From Eledone cirrhosa (lineage: Eukaryota), in contig OZ024745.1 of NCBI GenBank assembly GCA_964016885.1, forward strand, positions 7,068,001-7,132,000: a DNA stretch of 64,000 nucleotides, in the 5' to 3' direction. The notes below the pieces were generated by a model that saw only the letters and a program-made list of their open reading frames with translations, was not told the DNA's origin and did no database searches. Below, piece by piece: positions 25,501 through 39,499 of the stretch. Each line of letters opens with the position of its first letter. The stretch's first letter is position 1. The position numbers and the translations under genes were made by a program.

Positions 25501-28500
25501 GTCAGACAGAGTGGTAGAGTGGTTAGAACGTCAGATAGAGGTACAGTGGATAGAACGTCAGATAGAATGGTAGAGTGGTTAGAATGTCAGATAGAATTGT
25601 AGATTGGATAGAAGGTCAGAGAGAATGGTAGAGTTGTTAGAAAGTCAGATAGAATGGTAGTGTTTTTAGACCGTCAGATAGAATGGTATAGTGGTTATAA
25701 AGTCAGATAGAATGGTAGAGTTGTTAGAACGTCAGATAGAATTGTAGAGTGATTATAACGTCAGATAGAATGGTAGAGTGGTTATAACGTCAGATAGAAT
25801 GGTAGGGTGGTTATAACGTCAGATAGAATGGTAGAGTGGTTATAATGTCAGATAAATGGTAGAGTGGTTATCACGTCAGATAGAATGGTAGAGTTGTTAG
25901 AACGCCAGATAGAATGGTAGAGTGGTTAGAAGGTCAGATAGAATGGCAGAGTGGTTATAACGTCAGATAGAATGGTAGAGTTGTTAGGTCAGATAGAACG
26001 ATTGAGTTATTAGAACGTCAGATAGAATGGTAGAGTGGCTAGAAGGTCTACTAGAATGGTAGAGTGGTTAGAAGGTTAGATAGAAAGGTAGAGTGGTTAG
26101 AACGGCACATAGAATGGTAAAGTTGTTAGAACATAACATTGAATGGTAGAGTTGTTATAACGTCAGATAGAATGGTAGAGGGGTTATAACGTCAGATAGA
26201 ATGGTAGTGTTGTTAGAACGTCAGATAGAATGGTAGACAGGTTACAACGTCAGATAGAATCGTAGAGTGGTTATAACGTCAGATAGAATGGAAGAGTGGT
26301 TAGACGGTCAGATAGAATGGTAGAGTAGTTAGAACGTCACATAGAATGCTAAAGTCATTAGAACGTCAGATAGGATAGTAGATTTGTTAGAACGTCAGAT
26401 AGAGTGGTACAGTGGTTAGAACGTCAGATAGAATGGTAGAGTTATTAGAACGTCAGTTAGAATGGTAGAGTGATTAGAACGTCAGATAAAATAGTAGAGT
26501 GGTTAAAACGTTAGATAGAATGGTAGTGTGGTTAAAAGGTCAGATAGAATGATAGAGTGGTTAGAATGTCAGATAGAATGGTAAAGTCGTTAGAACGTTA
26601 GATAGAATGGTAGAGGGGTTATAACGTCAGATAGAATGGTAGTGTTGTTAGAACGTCAGATAGAATTGTAGAGTGGTTATAGCGTCAGATAGAATGGTAG
26701 AGTGGTTAGAAAGTCAGATAGAATGGTAGAGTGGTTAGAACGTCAGATAGAATGGTACAGTCGTTAGAACGTCAGATAGGATAGTAGATTTGTTAGAACG
26801 TCAGATAGAGTGGTACAGTGGTTAAACGTCAGATAGAATGGTAGAGTGGTTAGAACGTCAGATGAAATGGTAGAGTCGATGGAACCACAGATAGAATGGT
26901 AGAGTTGTTAGAATGTCAGATAGAATGGTAGATTGGATAGAAGGACAGATAGAATAGTAGTGTGGTTAGAACGTCAGATAGAATGGTAGAGTCGTCAGAA
27001 CGTCAGATAGAGTCGTCAGAACGTCAGATAGAATGATAAAGTGGTTAGAACGTCAGCTAGAATGCTGGAGTAGTTAGAAAGTCAGATAGAATGGTAGAGT
27101 TGTTAGAACGTCAGATAGAATGGTAGAGTGGTTAGAAGGTCAGATAGAATGGTTGAGTTGTTAGAACGTCATATAGAATGGTAGAGTGGTTAGAAAGTCA
27201 AATAGAATGGTAGAGTAGTTAAAGGGTTAGATACAAAGGTAGAGTGGTTAGAATTTCAGATAGAATGGTAGAGTTGTTAGAACGTCAGATAGAATGGTAG
27301 AGTGGTTAGAACGTCACATAAAATGTTAAAGATGTAAGAACGTCAGATAGAATGGTAGAGAAGCATGAAGGTCTGCTAGAATGCTAGAGTGGTTAGAAGG
27401 TTAGATACAAAGGTAGAGTGGTTAGAATGTCAGATAGAATGGTAGAGTTGTTAGAACATCAGATAGAATGGTAGAGTAGTTAGAACGTAAGATAGAATAG
27501 TAGAGTAGCATGAAGGTCTGCTAGAATTATAGAGTGGTTAGAAGGTTAGATACAAAGGTAGAGTGGTTAGAATGTCAGATAGAATGGTTGAGTTGTTAGA
27601 ACGTCAGATAGAATGGTAGAGTGGCTAGAAGGACAGATACAATGATAGAGTGGTTAGAATGTCAGATAGAATGGTAGAGTTGTTAGAACGTCAGATAGAA
27701 TGGTAGAGTGGTTAGAACGTAAGATAGAATAGTAGAGTAGCATGAAGGTCTGCTAGAATGATAGAGTGGTTAGAAGGTTAGATACAAAGGTAGAGTGGTT
27801 AGAATGTCAGATAGAATGGTTGAGTTGTTAGAACGTCAGATAGAATGGTAGAGTGGCTAGAAGGACAGATACAATGATAGAGTGCTTAGAACGTCAGATA
27901 GAATGGTAGAGTGGTTATGACGTCAGATAGATTGGTAGAGTGGTTTGAACGTCAGATAGAATGGGTGAGGTGGTTAGAACGTCAGATAGAATGGTAGAGT
28001 TGTTAGAACGTCAGATAGAATGGTAGGATGGTTATAACGTCAGACAGAATGGTAGAGTGGTTACAACCTCTGATATAATGGTAGAGTGGTTAGAACGTCA
28101 GATAGAATGGTAGAATGACTAGAAGGTCTGCTAGAATGGTAGAGTTGTTAGAACGTCAGATAGAATGGTAGAGTCATTAGCACGTCAGATAGAATGATAG
28201 AGTCGTTAGAATGTCAGACAGAGTAGTAGAGTGGTTAGGAGGTCAGATAGAATGGTACAGTGGTTAGAACGTCACATAGAATGGTAGATGTGTTATAACG
28301 TCAGATAGAATGGTAGAATTGTTAGAACGTCAGATAGAATAGTAGCGTGATTAGAAGGTCACATAGAATGGGAGAGTGGTTAGAAGGGCAGATAGAATGT
28401 TAGAGTGGTTTGAACGTCAGATAGAGTGGTACAGTGGTTAGAACGTCAGATAGAACGTTAGAGTGGTTAGAACGTCAGATAGAATGGTAGAGTGGTTAGA

Positions 28501-31500
28501 ATGTCAGATAGAATGGTAGATTGGATAGAAAGTCAGATAGAATGGTAGTGTTGTTAGACCGTCAGATAGAATGGTAGAGTGGTTATAACGTCAGATAGAA
28601 TTGTAGAGTTGTTAGAGCGTCAGATAGAATTGTAGAGTGATTATAACGTCAGATAGAATGGTACAGTGGTCATAGCGTCAGATAGAATGGTAGAGTGGTT
28701 ATAACGTCAGATAGAATGGTAGAGTGGTTATCACGTCAGATAGAATGGAAGAGTTGTTAGAACGCCAGATAGAATGGTAGAGTTGTTAGAAGGTCAGATA
28801 GAACGGTTGAGTTGTTAGAACGTCAGATAGAATGGTAGAGTGGTTAGAACGTCAGATAGAATGGTAGAGTAGCTAGAAGGTCTGCTAGAATGGTAGAGTG
28901 GTTAGAAGGTTAGATAGAAAGGTAGAGTGGTTAGAACGTCACATAGAATGGTAAAGTTGTTAGAACATACGATAGAATGGTAGAGTTGTTATAACGTCAG
29001 ATAGAATAGTAGAGGGGTTATAACGTCAGATAGAAAGGTAGAGTTGTTAGAACGTCAAATAGAATGTTAGAGGGGTTATAACGTCAGATAGAATGGTAGA
29101 GTGGTTATAACGTCAGATAGAATGGTAGAGTGATTATAACGTCAGATAGAATGGTAGAGTTGTTAGAACGTCAGATAGAAAGGTAGAGTGGTTAGACAGT
29201 CAGATAGAATGGTAGAGTGGTTAGAACGTCACATAGAATGCTAAAGTCATTAGAACGTCAGATAGGATAGTAGATTTGTTAGAACGTCAGATAGAGTGGT
29301 ACAGTGGTTAGAACGTCAGATAGAGTGGTAGAGCGGCTAGAACGACAGATAGAATGGTAGAGTGGTTAGAACGTAAGATAGAATGGTAGATTTGTTATAA
29401 CGTCAGATAGAATGGTAGAGTGGTTAGAAGGTCAGATAGAATGGTAGAGTGGTTAGAACATAGGAGAGAATGGTATTGTGGTTAGAAGGTCAGATAGAAT
29501 GGTAGAGTGGTTAAAACGTCAGATAGAATGGTAGAGTGGTTAAAAGGTCAGAGAGAATGGTAGAGTTGTTAGAACGTCAGTTAGAATGGTAGAGTGGTTA
29601 AAACGTCAGATAGAATGGTAGAGTGGTTAAAAGGTCAGATAGAATGGTAGTGTGGTTAAAAGGTGAGATAGAATGGTAGAGTGTTTAGAACGTCAGATAT
29701 AATGGTAAAGTCGTTAGAAAGTCAGATAGAATGGTAGAGGTGTTATTACGTCAGATAGAATGGTAGAGGGGTTATAACGTCAGATAGAATGGTAGTGTTG
29801 TTAGAACGTCAGATAGAATTGTAGAGTGGTTATAACGTCAGATAGAATGGTAGAGTGGTTATAAAGTTACATAGAATGGTAGACTTGTTAGAACGTCAGA
29901 TAGAATGGTAGAGAGGTTATAACGTCAGATAGAATGGTAGAGTGGTTAGAACGTCAGATAGAATGGTAGAGTCGTCAGAACGTCAGATAGAATGATAAAG
30001 TGGTTAGAACGTCAGCTAGAATGGTAGAGTAGTTAGAAAGTCAGATAGAATGGTAGAGCTGTTTGAACGTCAGATAGAATGGTAGGGCGGTTATATGGTC
30101 AGATAGAATGGTAGAGTGGTTTGAAGGTCAGATAGAATGGTAGGGAGGTTAGAAGGTCAGATAGAATGGTAGAGTTGTTAGAAGGTCAGATAGAACAGTT
30201 GAGTTGTTAGAACGTCAGATAGAATGGTAGAGTGGCTAGAAGGACAGATACAATGATAGAGTGGTTAGAATGTCAGATAGAATGGTAGACTTGTTAGAAC
30301 GTCAGATAGAATGGTAGAGTGGTTAGAACGTAAGATAGAATAGTAGAGTAGCATGAAGGTCTGCTAGAATGATAGAGTGGTTAGAAGGTTAGATACAAAG
30401 GTAGAGTGGTTAGAATGTCAGATAGAATGGTTGAGTTGTTAGAACGTCAGATAGAATGGTAGAGTGGCTAGAAGGACAGATACAATGATAGAGTGCTTAG
30501 AACGTCAGATAGAATGGTAGAGTGGTTATGACGTCAGATAGATTGGTAGAGTGGTTTGAACGTCAGATAGAATGGGAGAGGTGGTTAGAACGTCAGATAG
30601 AATGGTAGAGTTGTTAGAACGTCAGATAGAATGGTAGAGTGGTTACAACCTCTGATATAATGGTAGAGTGGTTAGAACGTCAGATAGAATGGTAGAATGA
30701 CTAGAAGGTCTGCTAGAATGGTAGAGTTGTTAGAACGTCAGATAGAATGGTAGAGTCATTAGCACGTCAGATAGAATGATAGAGTCGTTAGAATGTCAGA
30801 CAGAGTAGTAGAGTGGTTAGGAGGTCAGATAGAATGGTACAGTGGTTAGAACGTCACATAGAATGGTAGATGTGTTATAACGTCAGATAGAATGGTAGAG
30901 TTGTTAGAACGTCAGATAGAATAGTAGCGTGATTAGAAGGTCAGATAGAATGGGAGAGTGGTTAGAAGGGCAGATAGAATGTTAGAGTGGTTTGAACGTC
31001 AGATAGAGTGGTACAGTGGTTAGAACGTCAGATAGAACGTTAGAGTGGTTAGAACGTCAGATAGAATGGTAGAGTGGTTAGAATGTCAGATAGAATGGTA
31101 GATTGGATAGAAGGTCAGATAGAATGGTAGAGTGCTTAGAAAGTCAGATAGAATGGTAGTGTTGTTAGACCGTCAGATAGAATGGTAGAGTGGTTATAAC
31201 GTCAGATAGAATTGTAGAGTTGTTAGAGCGTCAGATAGAATTGTAGAGTGATTATAACGTCAGATAGAATGGTACAGTGGTCATAGCGTCAGATAGAATG
31301 GTAGAGTGGTTAGAAGGTCAGATAGAATGGTAGAGTGGTTATCACGTCAGATAGAATGGAAGAGTTGTTAGAACGCCAGATAGAATGGTAGAGTTGTTAG
31401 AAGGTCAGATAGAACGGTTGAGTTGTTAGAACGTCAGATAGAATGGTAGAGTGGTTAGAACGTCAGATAGAATGGTAGAGTAGCTAGAAGGTCTGCTAGA

Positions 31501-34500
31501 ATGGTAGAGTGGTTAGAAGGTTAGATAGAAAGATAGAGTGGTTAGAACGTCACATAGAATGGTAAAGTTGTTAGAACATACGATAGAATGGTAGAGTTGT
31601 TATAACGTCAGATAGAATAGTAGAGGGGTTATAACGTCAGATAGAAAGGTAGAGTTGTTAGAACGTCAAATAGAATGTTAGAGGGGTTATAACGTCAGAT
31701 AGAATGGTAGAGTGGTTATAACGTCATATAGAATGGTAGAGTGATTATAACGTCAGATAGAATGGTAGAGTTGTTAGAACGTCAGATAGAAAGGTAGAGT
31801 GGTTAGACAGTCAGATAGAATGGTAGAGTGGTTAGAACGTCACATAGAATGCTAAAGTCATTAGAACGTCAGATAGGATAGTAGATTTGTTAGAACGTCA
31901 GATAGAGTGGTACAGTGGTTAGAACGTCAGATAGAGTGGTAGAGCGGCTAGAACGACAGATAGAATGGTAGAGTGGTTAGAACGTAAGATAGAATGGTAG
32001 ATTTGTTATAACGTCAGATAGAATGGTAGAGTGGTTAGAACATCAAATAGAATGGTAGAGTTGTTAGAACGTCAGATAGAATGGTAGATTCGTTAGAACG
32101 TCAGATAGAATGGTAGAGTGGTTAGAAGGTCAGATAGAATGGTAGAGTGGTTAGAACATAGGAGAGAATGGTATTGTGGTTAGAAGGTCAGATAGAATGG
32201 TAGAGTGGTTAAAACGTCAGATAGAATGGTAGAGTGGTTAAAAGGTCAGAGAGAATGGTAGAGTTGTTAGAACGTCAGTTAGAATGGTAGAGTGGTTAAA
32301 ACGTCAGATAGAATGGTAGAGTGGTTAAAAGGTCAGATAGAATGGTAGTGTGGTTAAAAGGTGAGATAGAATGGTAGAGTGTTTAGAACGTCAGATATAA
32401 TGGTAAAGTCGTTAGAACGTCAGATAGAATGGTAGAGGTGTTATTACGTCAGATAGAATGGTAGAGGGGTTATAACGTCAGATAGAATGGTAGTGTTGTT
32501 AGAACGTCAGATAGAATTGTAGAGTGGTTATAACGTCAGATAGAATGGTAGAGTGGTTATAAAGTTACATAGAATGGTAGACTTGTTAGAACGTCAGATA
32601 GAATGGTAGAGAGGTTATAACGTCAGATAGAATGGTAGAGTGGTTAGAACGTCAGATAGAATGGTAGAGTCGTCAGAACGTCAGATAGAATGATAAAGTG
32701 GTTAGAACGTCAGCTAGAATGGTAGAGTAGTTAGAAAGTCAGATAGAATGGTAGAGCTGTTTGAACGTCAGATAGAATGGTAGGGCGGTTATATGGTCAG
32801 ATAGAATGGTAGAGTGGTTTGAAGGTCAGATAGAATGGTAGGGAGGTTAGAAGGTCAGATAGAATGGTAGAGTTGTTAGAAGGTCAGATAGAACAGTTGA
32901 GTTGTTAGAACGTCAGATAGAATGGTAGAGTGGTTAGAACGTCAGATAGAATGGTAGAGTAGCTAGAAGGTCTGCTAGAATGGTAGAGTGGTTAGAAGTT
33001 TAGATAGAAAGGTAGAGTGGTTAGAACGTCACATAGAATGGTAAAGTCGTTAGAACATAAGATAGAATGGTAGAGTTGTTATAACGTCAGATAGAATGGT
33101 AGAGGGGTTATAACGTCAGATAGAATGGTAGAGTTGTTAGAACGTCAGATAGAATATTAGAGGGGTTATAACGTTAGATAGAATGGTAGAGTTGATAGAA
33201 CGTCAGATAGAATAGTAGAGTGGTTAGAAGGTCAGATATAATGGTAGAGTGGTTAGAAGGTCAGATAGAATGTTAGAGTGGTTTGAACGTCAGATAGAAT
33301 GGTAGAGTGGTTAGAATGTCAGACAGAGTGGTAGAGTGGTTAGAACGTCAGATAGAGGTACAGTGGATAGAACGTCAGATAGAATGGTAGAGTGGTTAGA
33401 ATGTCAGATAGAATTGTAGATTGGATAGAAGGTCAGAGAGAATGGTAGAGTTGTTAGAAAGTCAGATAGAATGGTAGTGTTTTTAGACCGTCAGATAGAA
33501 TGGTATAGTGGTTATAAAGTCAGATAGAATGGTAGAGTTGTTAGAACGTCAGATAGAATTGTAGAGTGATTATAACGTCAGATAGAATGGTAGAGTGGTT
33601 ATAACGTCAGATAGAATGGTAGGGTGGTTATAACGTCAGATAGAATGGTAGAGTGGTTATAATGTCAGATAAATGGTAGAGTGGTTATCACGTCAGATAG
33701 AATGGTAGAGTTGTTAGAACGCCAGATAGAATGGTAGAGTGGTTAGAAGGTCAGATAGAATGGCAGAGTGGTTATAACGTCAGATAGAATGGTAGAGTTG
33801 TTAGGTCAGATAGAACGATTGAGTTATTAGAACGTCAGATAGAATGGTAGAGTGGCTAGAAGGTCTACTAGAATGGTAGAGTGGTTAGAAGGTTAGATAG
33901 AAAGGTAGAGTGGTTAGAACGGCACATAGAATGGTAAAGTTGTTAGAACATAACATTGAATGGTAGAGTTGTTATAACGTCAGATAGAATGGTAGAGGGG
34001 TTATAACGTCAGATAGAATGGTAGTGTTGTTAGAACGTCAGATAGAATGGTAGACAGGTTACAACGTCAGATAGAATCGTAGAGTGGTTATAACGTCAGA
34101 TAGAATGGAAGAGTGGTTAGACGGTCAGATAGAATGGTAGAGTAGTTAGAACGTCACATAGAATGCTAAAGTCATTAGAACGTCAGATAGGATAGTAGAT
34201 TTGTTAGAACGTCAGATAGAGTGGTACAGTGGTTAGAACGTCAGATAGAATGGTAGAGTTATTAGAACGTCAGTTAGAATGGTAGAGTGATTAGAACGTC
34301 AGATAAAATAGTAGAGTGGTTAAAACGTTAGATAGAATGGTAGTGTGGTTAAAAGGTCAGATAGAATGATAGAGTGGTTAGAATGTCAGATAGAATGGTA
34401 AAGTCGTTAGAACGTTAGATAGAATGGTAGAGGGGTTATAACGTCAGATAGAATGGTAGTGTTGTTAGAACGTCAGATAGAATTGTAGAGTGGTTATAGC

Positions 34501-35177
34501 GTCAGATAGAATGGTAGAGTGGTTAGAAAGTCAGATAGAATGGTAGAGTGGTTAGAACGTCAGATAGAATGGTACAGTCGTTAGAACGTCAGATAGGATA
34601 GTAGATTTGTTAGAACGTCAGATAGAGTGGTACAGTGGTTAAACGTCAGATAGAATGGTAGAGTGGTTAGAACGTCAGATGAAATGGTAGAGTCGATGGA
34701 ACCACAGATAGAATGGTAGAGTTGTTAGAATGTCAGATAGAATGGTAGATTGGATAGAAGGACAGATAGAATAGTAGTGTGGTTAGAACGTCAGATAGAA
34801 TGGTAGAGTCGTCAGAACGTCAGATAGAGTCGTCAGAACGTCAGATAGAATGATAAAGTGGTTAGAACGTCAGCTAGAATGCTGGAGTAGTTAGAAAGTC
34901 AGATAGAATGGTAGAGTTGTTAGAACGTCAGATAGAATGGTAGAGTGGTTAGAAGGTCAGATAGAATGGTTGAGTTGTTAGAACGTCATATAGAATGGTA
35001 GAGTGGTTAGAAAGTCAAATAGAATGGTAGAGTAGTTAAAGGGTTAGATACAAAGGTAGAGTGGTTAGAATTTCAGATAGAATGGTAGAGTTGTTAGAAC
35101 GTCAGATAGAATGGTAGAGTGGTTAGAACGTCACATAAAATGTTAAAGATGTAAGAACGTCAGATAGAATGGTAGAG
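19521..35177 (+). repeat. 7,817-bp tandem segmental duplication within the satellite
   Basis: Three rare markers share the same 7,817 offset: AAGCATG 19544/27361, GGAACCACAG 26881/34698 and TGTTAAAGATGTAAG 27324/35141. Confidence 0.92.
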
Positions 35178-38100
35178 TGGCTAGAAGGTCAGCTAGAATG
35201 GTAGTGTGGTTAGAACGTCAGATAGAATGGTAGCGTGGTTATAACGTCAGATAGAATGGTAGAGTGGTTATAACGTCAAATAGAATGGTAGAGTGGTTAG
35301 AACGTCAGATAGAATGATAGAGTGGCTAGAAGGTCTGCCAGAATGGTAGAGTGGTTAGAACGTCAGTTAGAATGGTAGAGTCGTTAAAACGTCAGATAGA
35401 ATGGTAGAGTCGTTAGAATCTCAGACAGAGTGGTAGAGTTGTAAGGAGGTCAGATAGAATGGTAGAGGGGTTATAACGTCAGATAGAATGGTAGAGTTGT
35501 TAGAACGTCAGACAGAGTGGTAGAGTGTTTAGAACGTCAGATAGAGTGGTACAGTGGTTAGAACGTCAGATAGAATGTTAGAGTGGTTAGAAGGTCAGAT
35601 AGAATGGTAGATTGGATAGAAGGTCAGATAGAATGATAGAGTTGTTAGACCGTCAGATAGAATGGTAGAGTGCTTATAACGTCAGATAGAATGGTAGAGT
35701 TGTTAGAACGTTAGATAGAATTGTAGAGTGGTTATAACGTAAGATAGAATGGTAGAGTGGTTAGAACGTCAGATAGAATGGTAGAGTGGTTATAACGTCA
35801 GATAGAATGGTAGAGTGGTTATCACGTCAGATAGAATGTTAGAGTTGTTAGAACGCCAGACAGAATGGTAGAGTGGTTAGAATGTCAGATAGAATGGTAG
35901 AATTGTTGGAACGTCAGATAAAATGGTAGAGTGGTTAGAAGGTCAGATAGAATGGTAGACTGGTTAGAACGTCAGATAGAATGGTAGAGTGGTTAGAAGG
36001 TCAGATAGAATGGTAGAGTGGTTAAAACGTCAGATAGAATATAAGGTGGTTAGAATGTCAAATAGAATGGTAGAGTTGTTAGAACGTCAGATAGAATGGT
36101 AGAGATGTTAGAACGTCAGATAAAATGGTAGAGTCGTTAATACGTCAGATAGAATGGTAGTGTGGTTAGAAGGTCAGATAGAATGGTAGAGTGATTAGAA
36201 CGTCACATAGAATGGTAAAGTCGTTAGAACGTCAGATAGAATGGTAGAGGTGTTATAACGTCAGATAGAATGGTAGAGGGGTTATAACGTCAGATAGAAT
36301 GGTAGTGTTGTTAGAACGTCAGATAGAATTGTAGAGTAGTTATAACGTCAGATAGAATGGTAGAGTAGCTAGAAGGTCTGCTAGAATGGTATAGTGGTTA
36401 GAAGGTTAGATAAAAAGGTAGAGTGGTTAGAACATCACATAGAATGGTAAAGTCGTTAGAACGTCGGATAGAATGGTAGAGTTGTTACAACGTCAGATAG
36501 AATGGTAGAGTGCTTATAACGTCAGATAGAATGGTAGAGTTGTTAGAACGTTAGATAGAATTGTAGAGTGGTTATAACGTCAGATAGAATGGTAGAGTGG
36601 TTAGAACGTCAGATAGAATGGTAGAGTGGTTATAACGTCAGATAGAATGGTAGAGTGGTTATCACGTCAGATAGAATGGTAGAGTGATTATAACGTCAGA
36701 TAGAATGGTAGAGTTGTTAGAACGGCAGATAGAATTGTAGAGTGGTTATAACGTCAGATAGAATGGTAGAGTAGCTAGAAGGTCTGCTAGAATGGTATAG
36801 TGGTTAGAAGGTTAGATAGAAAGGTAGAGTTGTTAGAACGTCACATAGAATGGTAAAGTCGTTAGAACGTCAGATAGAATGGTAGAGGGGATATAACGTC
36901 AGATAGAATAGTAGAGTTGTTAGAACATCAGATAGAATTGTAGAGGGGTTATAACGTCAGATAGAATTGTAGGGTGGTTATAACGTCAGATAGAATGGTA
37001 GAGTGATTATAACGTCAGATAGAATGGTAGAGTTGTTAGAACGGCAGATAGAATGGTAGAGTGGTTAGAAGGTCAGATAGAATGGTAGAGTGGTTAGAAC
37101 GTCACATAGAATGGTAAAGTCGTTAGAACGTCAGATAGAATGGTAGAGTGGCTAGAAGGACAGATAGAATGGTACAGTGGTTAGAGCGGCAGATAGAATG
37201 GTAGGGTGGCTAGAAGGTCAGCTAGAATGGTAGTGTGTTAGAACATCAGAGAGAATGGTAGAATGGTTATAACGTCAGATAGAATTGTAGAGTGGTTACA
37301 ACGTCTGATATAATGGTAGAGTGGTTAGAAGGTCAGATAGAATGGTAAAGTCGTTAGAACGTCAGGTAGAATGGTAGAGGTGTTATAACGTCAGATAGAA
37401 TGGTAGAGGGGTTATAACGTCAGATAGAATGGTAGAGGGGTTATAACGTCAGATAGAATGGTAGTGTTGTTAGAACGTCAGATAGAATGGTAGAGGGGTT
37501 ACAACGTCAGATAGAATCGTAGAGTGATTATAACGTCAGATAGAATGGAAGAGTGGTTAGACGGTCAGATAGAATGGTAGAGTAGTTAGAACGTCAGATA
37601 GAATGGTAGGGTTGTTTGAACGTCAGATAGAATGGTAGAGTCGTTAGAACATCAGATAGAGTGGTAGAGTGGTTAGAACGTCAGATAGAATGGTACAGTG
37701 GTTAGAAAGTCAGATAGAATGATAGAGTTGTTAGAACGTCAGATAGAATGGTAGAGTTGTTAGAACGTCAGATGAAATGGTAGTGTTGTTAGAACGTCAG
37801 ATAGAATAGTAGAGTGGTTAGAATGTCAGATAGAATGGTAGAGTGGTTATAACGTCAGATAGAATGGTAGAGTGGTTATCACGTCAGATAGAATGTTAGA
37901 GTTGTTAGAACGCCAGACAGAATGGTAGAGTGGTTAGAATGTCAGATAGAATGGTAGAATTGTTGGAACGTCAGATAAAATGGTAGAGTGGTTAGAAGGT
38001 CAGATAGAATGGTAGACTGGTTAGAACGTCAGATAGAATGGTAGAGTGGTTAGAAGGTCAGATAGAATGGTAGAGTGGTTAAAACGTCAGATAGAATATA

Positions 38101-39499
38101 AGGTGGTTAGAATGTCAAATAGAATGGTAGAGTTGTTAGAACGTCAGATAGAATGGTAGAGAGGTTAGAACGTCAGATAAAATGGTAGAGTCGTTAATAC
38201 GTCAGATAGAAGGGTAGTGTGGTTAGAAGGTCAGATAGAATGGTAGAGTGATTAGAACGTCACATAGAATGGTAAAGTCGTTAGAACGTCAGATAGAATG
38301 GTAGAGGTGTTATAACGTCAGATAGAATGGTAGAGGGGTTATAACGTCAGATAGAATGGTAGTGTTGTTAGAACGTCAGATAGAATTGTAGAGTAGTTAT
38401 AACGTCAGATAGAATGGTAGAGTAGCTAGAAGGTCTGCTAGAATGGTATAGTGGTTAGAAGGTTAGATAAAAAGGTAGAGTGGTTAGAACATCACATAGA
38501 ATGGTAAAGTCGTTAGAACGTCAGATAGAATGGTAGAGTTGTTACAACGTCAGATAGAATGGTAGAGTGCTTAACGTCAGATAGAATGGTAGAGTTGTTA
38601 GAACGTTAGATAGAATTGTAGAGTGGTTATAACGTCAGATAGAATGGTAGAGTGGTTAGAACGTCAGATAGAATGGTAGAGTGGTTATAACGTCAGATAG
38701 AATGGTAGAGTGGTTATCACGTCAGATAGAATGGTAGAGTGATTATAACGTCAGATAGAATAGTAGAGTTGTTAGAACGGCAGATAGAATTGTAGAGTGG
38801 TTATAACGTCAGATAGAATGGTAGAGTAGCTAGAAGGTCTGCTAGAATGGTATAGTGGTTAGAAGGTTAGATAGAAAGGTAGAGTTGTTAGAACGTCACA
38901 TAGAATGGTAAAGTCGTTAGAACGTCAGATAGAATGGTAGAGGGGATATAACGTCAGATAGAATAGTAGAGTTGTTAGAACATCAGATAGAATTGTAGAG
39001 GGGTTATAACGTCAGATAGAATGGTAGGGTGGTTATAACGTCAGATAGAATGGTAGAGTGATTATAACGTCAGATAGAATGGTAGAGTTGTTAGAACGGC
39101 AGATAGAATGGTAGAGTGGTTAGAAGGTCAGATAGAATGGTAGAGTGGTTAGAACGTCACATAGAATGGTAAAGTCGTTAGAACGTCAGATAGAATGGTA
39201 GAGTGGCTAGAAGGACAGATAGAATGGTACAGTGGTTAGAGCAGCAGATAGAATGGTAGGGTGGCTAGAAGGTCAGCTAGAATGGTAGTGTGTTAGAACA
39301 TCAGAGAGAATGGTAGAATGGTTATAACGTCAGATAGAATTGTAGAGTGGTTACAACGTCTGATATAATGGTAGAGTGGTTAGAAGGTCAGGTAGAATGG
39401 GAGAGTGGTTAGAACGTCAGATAGAATGGTAAAGTCGTTAGAACGTCAGGTAGAATGGTAGAGGTGTTATAACGTCAGATAGAATGGTAGAGTCGTCAG

